Shown piece after piece: positions 25,601 through 38,600 of a DNA stretch of 64,000 bases (the first letter of the stretch is position 1; each line of letters begins with the position of its first letter). Source of the stretch: Phoronis australis (Eukaryota > Animalia > Phoronida). The stretch covers positions 360,486-424,485 of the forward strand of contig NMRA01000394.1 in NCBI GenBank assembly GCA_002633005.1. The letters are read 5' to 3'. A model generated the notes under the pieces. It was not told the DNA's origin and did not search any database. It saw nothing but the letters and a program-made list of their open reading frames with translations. Position numbers and translations under genes: made by a program.

Positions 25601-26413
25601 ATCTTTTTGAAATATTGATCTAAAAAATACGTCTTTAATTTTTCCGTCCACTTACACGAGGAACGCAAGTGAATTGGTTTGTTTACTCTAGCCAATTTTA
25701 TATTCAAGATGGTGAACCAAACCGTGGACTCTAACCCTCGTTACATCATTCAGCGCGCAGTCGGCTTCTTCAAACGAAAAATACAATCATGTAGCTGACT
25801 TGATTGGCTTTTTTATTGGGAAAGTCAAGTGAGTTGACGACCCTATAGGTGTCGCACCAGTGCTGCACATACAGTATACTATGGACTAACTCCAGTGCAC
25901 TGAGTATAAGGCGCAGAAAATGAAGTTATAGGATGCGTTGCCGTTACCCAGCGGACACCGAATATAATCAAAAGACAATTATTGTGATGAGAGAATCAAT
26001 CTGTGTCATTGCTCGGAGGGCCAGCCTTTGTTGCCAAGTTACTCGACGTCAAATTATGAGGCACAACAATCACTGCTGAGTACTAGTCTATCGTGGGCTC
26101 GCGGTGTCATGGCGTTGAGATTTGCAGCGCCTTTGTCATCACATGAAGACGTTGAGAAGGAACGTGTTATGAGTTCATCAGTCTCATTGGTCAGATCGCG
26201 AATACCAACATCTGACGTCTGGCCGGCATGAATGAAAAATGATATTCCACGACTAGGAGGTCGACATTACCCCTATTACTGCAGTTATTGTGCCGCGATA
26301 GCTCGACTATACAACTCATAGAAAAGATAATAAATTATCTGAACAACACGAAATAGAATTATTCCATCTTGATTAAATAACTGTCAGACAATGTTGTGAT
26401 GCCAGGGTCTTGT

Positions 26414-26629
26414 TTAAGACCATGCGACTGGCGTCATGCGCTCCACTTGTGTCGTTCTGGGCATGTTGAAAGCATCCACCAACTTCGACTTGTGGCCCAC
26501 AGTTCGACGGCGACACAAGATAGCCTTTAGTAGATAAGCAGCGAGCTCCAAAACCTCTGTGATAGTGATCACTGACATTCCCAACCACAAGCCTAGCTGT
26601 CCGCCCATATCTCCCAGAAGTTTTTCCGG
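26414..26629 (-). CDS. DEG/ENaC exon 13 (TM2, GMS selectivity filter, C-terminus)
   Basis: Acceptor TTTTAG|CCG; [28 protein letters not shown]...VAWS*. Confidence 0.95.
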   Translation of the reverse strand, partial: PEKLLGDMGGQLGLWLGMSVITITEVLELAAYLLKAILCRRRTVGHKSKLVDAFNMPRTTQVERMTPVAWS

Positions 26630-29600
26630 CTAAAATTATGACAATGGCGATTTAATATTTATAAAACCCATATTTTTGTGATCAACAGAACCTCGAAATG
26701 AAGCCAATGTCGAGACATTGTGTCGCAAATTCTGATTCGTTGAGGGAAACAATATTACAGAGTGGCTCTTTGACTTACAATGTAAGTCTGAAGAATCAAC
26801 TACATTAAAACTGATTTCAATCGCATAATTGTGAACTTGTGCAAATTATTGGAAAATTTTTCGCATTTAAGAAAAATTTACCGATGGTTCTGACCATCTG
26901 AAAATGAAGTACAATTACAATCATCCTAACATATAAATCATCTGTACATTCGACAGCTGCCGGTCATCACGTAAACATACAATAGGCACTGGTTTCTCAG
27001 TTTCAACATGCATATGTTACAAATAATTCAGACTAAGACTTTTGAGGACAATAACCTCTGTTTTGACTTATTATCAGATATTAACTGGGTCACTTAATTC
27101 ATGTTCTGTTAACCTCGTCAAAAAGTTTGGAACAGATTTGTAAACTCGTATCGATAAGCGTTACTAACACGTACGTTGAGTTGAGTTAATCCACAGTTGT
27201 AAGAAAAAGAGTCCACTTCGGAGTACGTGATCCACCTTGTGTGAAACTTGAGACTGTGTCTCAGTGTCATGAGTGTTTTATATTCGTTAAATCAGATTTC
27301 TGTGTACACGCTACTTACCGGATAGTCTGGCTCTTCCTCCAATCTCGTGTAGCTCAGTTCTTCAAAGAATATCTCCACTTTGAGAAGATGTTTTCTGAAA
27401 CGCAAGCGGTCATGTCTATTCAGTCGAACAATTAAGGGGGTTCCGATATGCCACGGAGGCTCGAAGATGTAAACTCATGCTACTGTTCTGTTAAGGGTCG
27501 CGTACGTCACACAAATGGCCCGGGTGTCCTTACCACGTTCCAAACACTGAATTGACACAACCGGCGAAAACTAAGTAGGAACCGAATAAACGTTGAAAAT
27601 ACTTGTGACAATTTGCCTGAGGACCGATGGACGGTTGCACAGTCAATGCCAACGTTACCCGTTTCCATCCGTCGCCAGTCCGTTACACTAAGATTTTAGG
27701 ACTGGCCCGAACATTCTGAGAACGATTTTAGTCAGGCAGGGCTTTAGCAATCCCTACGTGGGGTGTGCTGCCGGATTTCGATGATTCGAAAACGTACTTC
27801 AGTAATACACCAAGCCGGGAAAATCAGAGGGGGCTCGATACAGTTTGTCAAAAAGCCGCAAAGAAGTCGTTATTTGACGACATTCACGAATTTCAAAAAT
27901 AACTAATTAGTGTTTTTATTTGAAATTAGGGGTTATTTAATTTGAGTTTGCGTTGTGTATTCGATATTTTGGCACGCAACATCACATTTCACACGTGATG
28001 ACGTCATATTAAACATTAGGCGAACTCAAGTGAAAACATGATTAGGTGTGACTTCATGCGCGCGCAAAGGGAGTGCGCGGGGGGCTCTGAACGTACCCCG
28101 TTTTTTGAGGAAAAGTTCCACATTCTCAAAAATTCGAGCCCCCCATATTTTAGGCTGGGTACGCACATGTACTTTAGCAGCAAATATGAATTTATTAAAC
28201 AAGAATCTTCTCGTCGTAGATTATTCCCATCAATCAAACTGATTTCGCAATACCTTAGCAACATAATAAAATCGCTATCTATTGGAATTCTGCGGAGTAA
28301 TCATGAACTTGAATTTGCCGCGCTTTCGAGAGGTCAAATTGTGTATTCTTAGTGACGTAGCTTGAGATGAAATAGCGCAAAAGTAGGCGATCCCTATATT
28401 TATTTTTATTAGATGGATAACACTATGGGCGTCAAAATGAAACATAAAGAAAATGTTACCGATTGAAGTTTTTGCGTAGAGATCAAAATTCTAAAACTCG
28501 AGATACTCAAAATACAGAAAAGACCAAAATACAAAATATAATAATTTTCAAATAAATCAACAATAACGTATAATTGTGTCGAACCCCTTAAACGACTAAA
28601 AACCCGTCGCAAAAAACAACTTATGGTCTACACGTCTTAGTTTCATCGCAAATTTTTCCTTAATTTAAATAGACGTGATTTTAAGGCTTGAAAATAGCTA
28701 ATAGTTCATTTTTGCTTCAAAAGAGACTGTGCAATATGCCTCGTCACAGGGTTTCATTTTATTCATCGAACATGGTCTCCAGCAATAACGAATCAATTTG
28801 AGACCAGTTATCTAGCTGTATGTGGTTTAAATCAAATGTTAATTTCTTCGACGGAGCGTGGGTTTGTTGTCGCTTTAAGTGAGACTGCGCATGCGCCCAC
28901 GCACTCAACTCCGGACAAACGAGTAGCACAGAAGCGAAACTCACTTATTTTAGAATTTGGATCGTTTCTTATAACAAAAACAAAACTGGGAAAAAATGAG
29001 CTACCCATTGAAACACGCAAAGGTCCAACGCAATTTCTGTAGATGTTGATTCTCTCTTTAAGACTAAATATTTGAAGACCAGCCTGCAGGTTACAATCGA
29101 ACTGAAACAAGCGATAACACACTCAGAAACTGGCAAGTATGCACGCTCATCCAACCTGAGAAAAAATAGCTTCAGTCGGGTTCGATCAGACCTGTCCGCT
29201 CAGGTAATCGAGTTATGTCCACATCATGGTGCACATGTTGCTTAGGTATTTAAGTAGAGAGGAAATGTCCTTCAGAGAAATATTCGAACCGAGTTCAACA
29301 GAAATGAATAGTCTTGTGATGTTTAAGCGGGGTCATACTCTGAAAGTTTGGTAGAGATCTGTATCGTAGTTTTGCTATTCCTTGGGAACCAAGTGATACC
29401 AAAACGTTTATAGGTTGAACCGCACATCCAGGCACCGGTGTTAAACAGAGTTGCATACATTATATGAACACTCTTACTTTGGCCCTTCTTGGTTATTCAG
29501 CAGTTTCGCCAGTCGATGAGATCTCTGGGCGTACTGTTCCATGATAGTTGGCTGAAATGAGCAAGATGTCTACATTGACATAATTCAAAGATAAAATTGC

Positions 29601-32600
29601 AATCAATAGGAGTTTTATTTATGTCTACAGTCGACCCATTCCAGCTATGCTCAAGCAAAGTTTTCTTTCACCTCACCTGCATGTGCTTAGCTACGTTCTG
29701 TACCTCATAGGCGGATTTATAGCCCCAGGGGGCCGCCCCTCTCCCTGGAGGTCGCAATAAAATAAAACAGTATAAACAGCAAAATAGTGTACCTTGTTAA
29801 CCCCGTAATTAACATTATACGGCCGAAATAAGATTTGACATTTATGTAGTTTTAGTTTGTGTGTGCGTGCTGGGGGTGGGCTCAAACCCGATTTCATGGG
29901 TCCAATTGAGACAACTGGATCAATCGTTACGGCAATTATGGCAAAGCAATGTCGCTCTCCGTTAGTATGTGCGTGCTATCCCAGGCGACCGGTAGTGGCG
30001 CTGTGTACTACAACTTCTTTTTCGTCGTCTGCTCCACTGTGCAATGAAGAAAATAACTTTATTTTTTCAAAGAAAATGGAAGCTCGGAAACGATGAAGAA
30101 ACAGAAACCGCTGGCAACATGTAAATTTTAATCGAAGTCGCAGTGAATCACTCAGAAACTCATAATTCTCCCTATGTCCAACATTAAAATTAAGACGATT
30201 TGCAAAGCAAGCGCTTAAAAGTACATCAACTTTTGCTACGAACTCTGCACAAAATATAAACCGTGTAATAAACACTACGGAAAGAAGCAGGTTCTCGCGC
30301 TAACGCTGTGGACCATAAACAATCATGTCTCTTAGCATGGTGTTGAAGTAGTAAGCGTGGTGTCGTAATGGAGGAGCATGGACGCTCTGACCAATAGGTC
30401 AGGAGCAAGAGTCCTTGCAATTTTATGAATTTTCCAATTTTAAATCACAATCGGCAATACTGCGGTTAAGTGTTTAAATGCTTTAAATCAATATTTGTGC
30501 CTGCTTGTGTATCTGTTCGCCATCGGGACAAAAATAAGTACGTAAAGCAGGTGAAAGTCTAGAATCAAGTACGTTTTTAGTGGCGACTTGACGAGTTGAA
30601 ATTTGCCATAAGGCGACGTCGTATTCTAGAATGCATTCTGGGTCGTGATTTGCCGCGCTAGTCGCACATAGCGACTTGGCGAAAGTAGAACCGTCGAGGG
30701 CTGATTATACTTCAGAAATCAAGGCAAATGCTTGTTTTTAGAGGCAAAAATCAAAATTTTCCTCTGGCTTAACAAATTTTGCAAATTGTCTAAAAGTGAT
30801 GAAATAGTAATTTCAACACGTTTGATAAATCTTTCTATTTTTTTGTGCGCCGGACTCGACGGCGCCACTATTTAAGCACGTCACCACCGATTTTTTTCGG
30901 CTGTTCGTCTTCACCTTGAAAGAGTCCGACGGCCATTCTGAGCTGGATATTGTCTTCTGGTAGATGTCATCCCAACAAGACTGCCAACATGGGCACTTAA
31001 ATTTGTCCAGGAGATAGTCGTCCTCTACACGATCCAAGCAATCAACTACAATGAAATTAGTATGTAATGAACGGTAGGGAAGATACTGTGACATTTTTCC
31101 CGACCTCTGTAATTAGATAGTCCTTCACAGAGGACGTACGGCTTATGGATTCCATAGACGGATCCAGAGGGGTCAAGGGGGTCCAGACACCCCTTATCCT
31201 TGATTTTGTTGCTATCAAATCTAGAATTTTCAAATTGTTGACTTTGACCCCCCTTTTTGAAAATCCTGGATCTGCCCTTGGATTCCCATAAATCTCTGAT
31301 CTACCAGTTACTATGTGACTCTTTGATCGACGTTTCATGCCCGACATGGTTTCCAATGAATAATTCAAAGAATAAGTCGCGAAGCACCAAGCGCACGCGA
31401 CAGGTTCTGATACTTTTTAAAATTGCCGACAATTCATCGACTTGGCCTCATTTTCAACCTCCTGAAATTTGCCCATCGAGTAAACATCAGTTCGTTATCA
31501 CTTTCCAAATAAGGACATCTCATTAAGTTTTTGTGTGACTTATTGAATCTGAAGCTGTGGTTGGTCAGTAGTTAATGAGTCCAGTGGCGGATCTACGTTT
31601 TCAGTAAGGGGGGGGGGGTAGGATTCCCGCAAAGGTCGAATCCGAGGCGCGTGGCGCCAAGCGGGGGGGGGGGGAGAGGTTGGGAGGGGGTAAACAACTT
31701 TTTGTTTTTCCAGCCAAACAGTGAAATTTCCATGCATCCTGGTACGTTTCTGGCACTTAACTTGTCCCTGGAGTTTTTCTTAAGATAATGAAAAACCTTC
31801 TCGATTTCGTCACATGAACTTGGCTCATAAGTTTCGTGAAACCATATTTGTGCACATCTGGGTATGAGTTACGCCACCAGCAAAAATTTGTGTTGGAACA
31901 TCTGTTTACACACACCTTTTTAGCATACGAAAAATCGTATACGAAAAAGTGTGGTGTGTACACAGGGGCTTAGACAACTACCAAATATTCAAGAGCATAA
32001 GGAGCACCGACGGGGCGTAAAAACTTGAATATTAGATGATCGCAACAGCCGCAAGCTGTTTAAGAACGAACACCTGTACTGTTAGTCCGGAAATAAACAT
32101 GTGTTCTGTCTGGCGAACGATGGTGCTCTCAGCTCATAGTCTATTATTAAAAGTGACAATAAACAATTAAGTATCACTTTATTACAATTGCAAAACGTCA
32201 AATGTATCCGGAAACAAATCATCTGAAAACAGTTTCACGAAACCAAAACATTCTGTACACCGTGGTGAAAAGATCAGTATACAGGAGCAGTTCGCAGAGG
32301 GACCAGATGTACACTGAGAGTACACAAAATCTCTGGCCTAGTCCGTCACGAGACCAAAAGTACACCTGTGCTTATTATTCCTATAAAAATAGTCGATCTG
32401 TCGCGGGACCAAACATTACTGGTTGTGATAAATAGTTTTACAAAGCACACTTTGGTAAAAAACACCACAAGACTATAGTTCGCCGAGGGACCAGAAGTCA
32501 GACACTGAAACTCGATATCTAAACAAATCAAGCTGGCTTGGTCGGTCACGAGACCTAAAGCGTACTTTGCAAAAGAAAAACATTTTGAATTGAAAACTTC

Positions 32601-35600
32601 TCTCTAGACACTTTTTAATCCCCAGTGGTTGCTCATACGTGTAGTTTACACATCTGGTGGTCAACTGATGCGAGAGGTTGTCTAGGAAGGGTTTTCGCAC
32701 CGTTCTGTAGTACTCACTGGAAGAAACGAAACAAGTATTGAGTACAGATTTAACTACGCACTACGTGAAATAGATTTTGGATATGAAGCAGACAGAATCA
32801 AGTGGAAATACAAACCAGAATCAGTTTCTGTGTTCTCGTAGACCCTCTGTTGTACTGGGTAAATTTGACATGTCCAAAAATAATTTCTATTTCGTTTTCA
32901 TTGTACACAAGCATAAAAAACCGACATTATTACAAACTGTGTAAAATTATAATTCATTACCTGGGTGTTTCTCCAGGAACGTTGGCCTTATCTTTCTGTT
33001 GTCCAGACTGCCGAGGAATCTGTACATCGGATCCAATGGTTTGCTCCTTTGGGAACCATTCTACCCAGACATCTGCGACGTTTGTTCCCAACACTTGCAC
33101 TTCGTCAACTGCTGTGTCAATGAGCTTGTACGCCTCTACGATGTCAGCATCTCGTTTCGCAGCTCAGTTGGCACTAAATCCCCTGAGGTTACCAAGTCCA
33201 TTCAAATACAGCATGCGCAACAAAATTTGATCCGTTCATCATGGACTACTTCAAACCTTGACGATGTATCCCATGACGCATTTGCATCTCTTGCAATTTT
33301 CGAAATAAACGTCCCAATGTCTGAACGCTTGAAACCCGAAGTGCTAACATCAAATAAATGCCCATGGGCATGGAAGTTTCGTTGGATGGGCCTTTCTGCG
33401 GAAATTCCCAGTATAGAAAACGGCAGTGGTGCTTATTGCAGGTAGAAAGACGGTAGGTGTTGAGGTCGGCACTAGGGCTCCTTAGGAGGCCTATTGAACA
33501 TCGCACGAGTCCCGCAAGACTTTGTTGTGAAAATACAGCCTCCCCGCAATTTCTGGTATTGTACACTGTTCGCGAATGCGGTCACTTTGTCAATGTGAGT
33601 GCCCCTTGGTCATTCCTTGTATAGACATAACTTGCTAGAGTGCATCTTCAAACGGACTCGCGACCAGACCACGGCGCCCGCCACAATAGCAATTCCTCGG
33701 AAAACGATTTTTCTTTCAAAAACATTACATGTACATGTACACTGCATGATATTGCGCAAGACAACTTTACTATACACCAGTCGAATTCGAGTTACAAACG
33801 TGTGGGGTGTAATTGGGTGGGGGGGGGGGGGTTTAAACTCCCTGAACCCCCNTTCGCGAAGTGGGCAATAAGGTTTGCCTCAGAGAAACAAAAACTGCGA
33901 AAAAAGTAGACTACGAGACAAAAGTCCACTACAAAGGCAAGAACTACCAAAATTCGGCGAGTGCACAATTCATAGCTTTGAGCGTACCTCGTGAATCTTA
34001 GAAGGAGGTCGACATTCTTAAAAATTCGAGCCCCCCAGTTTTAGGCTGGGTGCGCGCATGTGAAGGGAGGGATTATCATTTCAACGAGACATTAGAATTA
34101 GCTTTTCAGTTAATTTGAGCCCAAGCACATAAGTCTATTAATTTGTATATAAACTGAAAAATTCCACTGTCAAAACACTTTCACAATATTCAGCATTTTC
34201 TTGCCGAGTTCCCATGTTGAGCGCATTGCAAACATTCGTGTTGTTTGTTGAGCGGTAACAATTCACCTTCAGTTATTTACTCGTAGACTAATGATCAGGA
34301 GGCCGAAGATGACGTCACACCTATGAATATCCAAAGAATAAGCATGTCATGTGCCCATTTTACTCATAGACTACGGCCACGCATAACTGCCTTCATATTC
34401 AGAAACTTTGGTTAAGGTCGACGACTTAATTTTAGACCCTCCTTGGACAAGAATTCCCCTGACATTTGTTGATTGATTGGAGATTTTAGGGAACCAAAGT
34501 ATTCAACAAATAGTCATGATAATTGTTATACACATGACCCTTAAAATTACAAGAGAAGCTTTTTTATCCCATAGACCAACGCGTTGTATCTGTAGAGTGC
34601 AACACGGCCATGTAATAATGTTTTCCGTATTCACCTCCCGCGCTACTTCATCTGTGACCTCTGACATGGGAAGTTCAAAAAGTAGGTGAATGTGGACTCC
34701 ACAACGTTAGACGGTTCGATTATCAAACATCACTAATATATAGTTTAAGGTAATACAGTTGCAGCAATGTACATAACACTCGTCACGCAATCAGGCCCTA
34801 AACGTAATATCTGGTACAAAAATATTAATTATTTGACACTTCTGTCTCGGTTTTTAATTGGTGAATATTATATCGTCTGCAATTGAGGCGCCGATTTCTC
34901 AGTAACTACAATATCAAATAATGTTGTTACTTAACTATTTTCAGGAGATATTGCAAGTTCAATGCACTGTTCCCGTTGTTTTCATCTTTGTTATCTCTTT
35001 TCAAGTAATAAATCGTTACATTTAAAACTGATTCTTTTACTGCAGAAAACTTGTTACCTAACGCGCAAGTTCATACATATAGGATGTGATCCGCCACGTG
35101 AACAGTCTGAGTGAATTATTTTAAAAATCTGGCGAAAAAATGAAAGAAACTTAGGAATTCGAAGCGCATGGGATAAATACAAAACGTACATGTACCTCGA
35201 TTGGCGTAGATGAAGTAATATGCCACTCGACAATATTCAGCGTATCGACTTCGAACTTCGGCCGAGGTCGATACGCGGGATAATGTCTCGTGGGGTATTA
35301 CTTTATGTACGCCAATCGAGGTACGTTTTGTGTATGTATCATAAAAAATGCATTCAGTACAAATAGTATCCCACTAACCAAGGCTAGTGTAAGAAAATAG
35401 TTTACCGAACTCGTAGTGGTTGAATTGTTAAAAAAAACACTTCACGCAAACAAGACTGGTGACATTTTTCACCGTTTGGAGTTGTAAAATGAATGGACGG
35501 GTCTAAACAGGTCCAAAATCAAAAATAAAATGCGTTAACAACATGCCGTTTTAAAGTTGCAGATTGAACAGGTCTTGGCTCATCTGTTTGTGATCAACAG

Positions 35601-38600
35601 ACGAGTACTCATGAACCGAAAGACAAACTTACGTTCTGTGATCGTGTTACAGAATGTTACCCCGCTCTTCAAGGGCAAGCTCGGATCACCGCAGCCACAG
35701 ACTTCAAGAGTTTTGTTCTGAATACACGACTTGGTGCAAGCCTAAAATAAGTTCGGTTAGAAGCATTTGAAAGCATAAATTTGTCACCATCGTCGTCGCC
35801 GTTGTTATTGAAGCTGTTTCTGTCTTCGATATCATGGATTTGAAGTCTTCGTTCTGCCTTCAATCACTACTCTTGGACGCACTAGGTCATGAGATTTTGG
35901 TCCAAACAGTTGTATATGCACTGAATTGTTCGTAAGATTGGAATGTTGCAGATAGTTGAGCCAAAACCACTTGAGTTAATTATCTGATGGCAGTTTTTGG
36001 TTCCTTGCGGTTAATGGAGGAAGCTGGTTGAGAATTTTCAGTTAAATTGAATAGGTAGGTGAGGAAGCTCTTAAAACGTAAAGTTACATGAGCAGATACA
36101 AGATGGCCTAAAGTATTTTGAATAGACTTGCGGCCATACACTGGCTTATAATCATGTCACAAAGCGATGTGCTCATCCTATTGGCAGAGAAATAAATATG
36201 ACTTTGGAAGAAAAAGAATCAAGGTAGTTACAAGTTATCCAGGGTTTGGAATAGCATGATCATCGGACCACCTAGTGATCATTATCTTCTGAAGATGACT
36301 GCTGGAAGGAGTCGAAACTGTCAAAAAGTAATCAACTCGACTGCTTATGTCTCAAGTACGTCCAGTAGTATCTTCAATAAAACTAATCGATCATGGATAC
36401 GTTCCGTAACATAAGACACTAGCGAAATACTTGCGGTGAGAAATCTTCGAGGGTACTGGCTCTTCACTCATCAATGCATAATTTCTTCACAACTATGAAA
36501 CTATATTATATTAAAAGACATAGGTCCACAGAAGGCACTACTGAAATATCACCTTCAAACAAATCAGTCTTGGTACAGGTACGTCGAGCAGTCCCTCTGT
36601 GGCAGCTGGTGAGCTACAGGATAATCCAAAAAGCATGTTCATAATGGAAACAGATGCTATTAAGATGCACAAGCTTTGACGTTCAAAACTAGTTTATAAT
36701 TTCCAAATTATCTTACCGGAATGGAATAGTTCTTTGAATAGAACAGCGTTAGTTCTGTTCCATTTGTACAGTTACCCCAAGGATGCGGAAGTCGTTTTAC
36801 GGAAACCTGAAAAGTAAAAAAGAAAAAAGTAGTAAGACTAGTCTGGCAAGCTAGAAACAGTCAACTTATGCAGTATGATTTTTGTTAATCAAACCACCAT
36901 GGTGATTTCGCACGATTTTCGTAGCAGAAGGTCGTAACCTTGTCTTGACCGAGACTTAAGTCGTTAAAATGTTCCGGAATTGGTTACCCCTGTTGTTCTT
37001 CATGTCCGAGAGCAATGATTTCTTAATTTCATCTTAAGTGCTTACTCTTCGCAAACTAACGGACGTTTTTTGCCCAGGTGATAGGTCAATTCCGTCTTCT
37101 TCTGGAAAGGGTTGCGTGTCCTGGCGATGAACAAGAATGCGCATTCCTGCAGAAGCAGACAGGGACGGCACATATTCGTCTTGCTCAACCAACAGCGTCA
37201 GGCTTAGCCCTAAAGCGAGACCAATGTGGCATTTTACACAAAATATCTTTGTAAAGAAGCAAGTGTCAAAAAGGGCTTGTAAAGCGTTAACACTGAATAG
37301 GCAATTGGTTGTTTAAACCATAACATTTAAATCTAAGCAAATGGTTCGTAGCCAATTCCTTCAGTTCCGAACACAAAATGGCAGAAAAATGAAATTTCAT
37401 TTTGGTAAATATCAAAAATGTAGTTTACTATTGAAGTATAGTTGTATCGTGTCTAGTAAGGTTTGGAAATCGGAGGCTTCACGGGACACCGTCAAATGGC
37501 AGTTTCAGCTTTTATTTTTGGCACATACTGAAGGTTGTTTCTTTAAGCGGACATCTTGATCTAAAACAAACCAAGCTGGTGCCATTTCCTTTGTATTTGT
37601 GAGAGTGCTTCATAACTGATTACGTTCTGGAAATTCTTTGATTTGGAAGAACCAAATAAAATAACATTGAAAATCATTTTAAGATTTCCTTTCGTTTACA
37701 TTTATCAAACTAGAACACAGGACGAGTTTTGTCAGTCGGAATATTTCGCTAATACAAACATTTCGTAACTTTGTGTTTGCCTTATTCTGCTATTAGTTTT
37801 GCTTTCTTAATTAGTGGGCGGGGTTTCCATAAAAAATAAAAAAGTATTATATAAAATTCAGAAAAGTTGAAAATATTTGAAGTTGTGCTGAGTGGTTACT
37901 ATTTGGATTGAACAAACCATTGGTAGACTTGATTAATTCTGTTTGGATTACTTACCATATTTAGGCCCTGGTTTGCTGATATTGGCGATGTCATTGATGT
38001 CTCCAGAATTGAAAGTATAGCAGTTTCCGTAGTCTCGACTGTAGAAAGTTGTAAAATTCCTAGCAGAAGAATCAACAACAGATTTAGTGTGTGAATGAAA
38101 CGTAATGCAACTTTTACTAGTCTTTTCCAACTATTTTGACTAAGCGATACTCTATTTGAATGTGACGCGCTCTTTCGGTCATTGACAAATGTATTGATTT
38201 ATTTCCACTGTGTGTAGATATGGCAATCGACACCCCTGTTCTACATGCAACACAGGGGATGATTTCCGACTTACTCAGGGGAGCACGTGCGCCCGCTATA
38301 CACGCACTCCTGAATCATGTCGGTAAGCTGGTGGCCCATTTCTCTTTTCTCTTCCAGAGTTAAGTTAGCAATGAGGATACTCAAGTTGCGAGCGTTCTCC
38401 GACGAAGGTGCCCTCTCTCCTGTATTTTCAAACCATGTCATGTCGGTGAGGTCGAGGTCGGGTTTTATGGCCTTGTCACCCATATCAATAGTTTCCTGAA
38501 GAAAGAAAACAAAATCCGGTTAAACACGAAAGCTATCGCTAGTTACGTATTCTGCAGTCGCCAGTTTACGTCATGCACCAGCCACAGTCCGCGACCATGG

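Noticed and set aside
32230-32570. Spaced short repeats superficially like a CRISPR array (also 39361-39420 and 63810-64000)
   Set aside because: The repeats are degenerate or contiguous, spacing is irregular, there are no cas genes, and the context is eukaryotic and intronic.
32802-33566. Overlapping ORFs of 142, 148 and 106 aa
   Set aside because: They are antisense or off-frame shadows of the decayed hAT transposase region.
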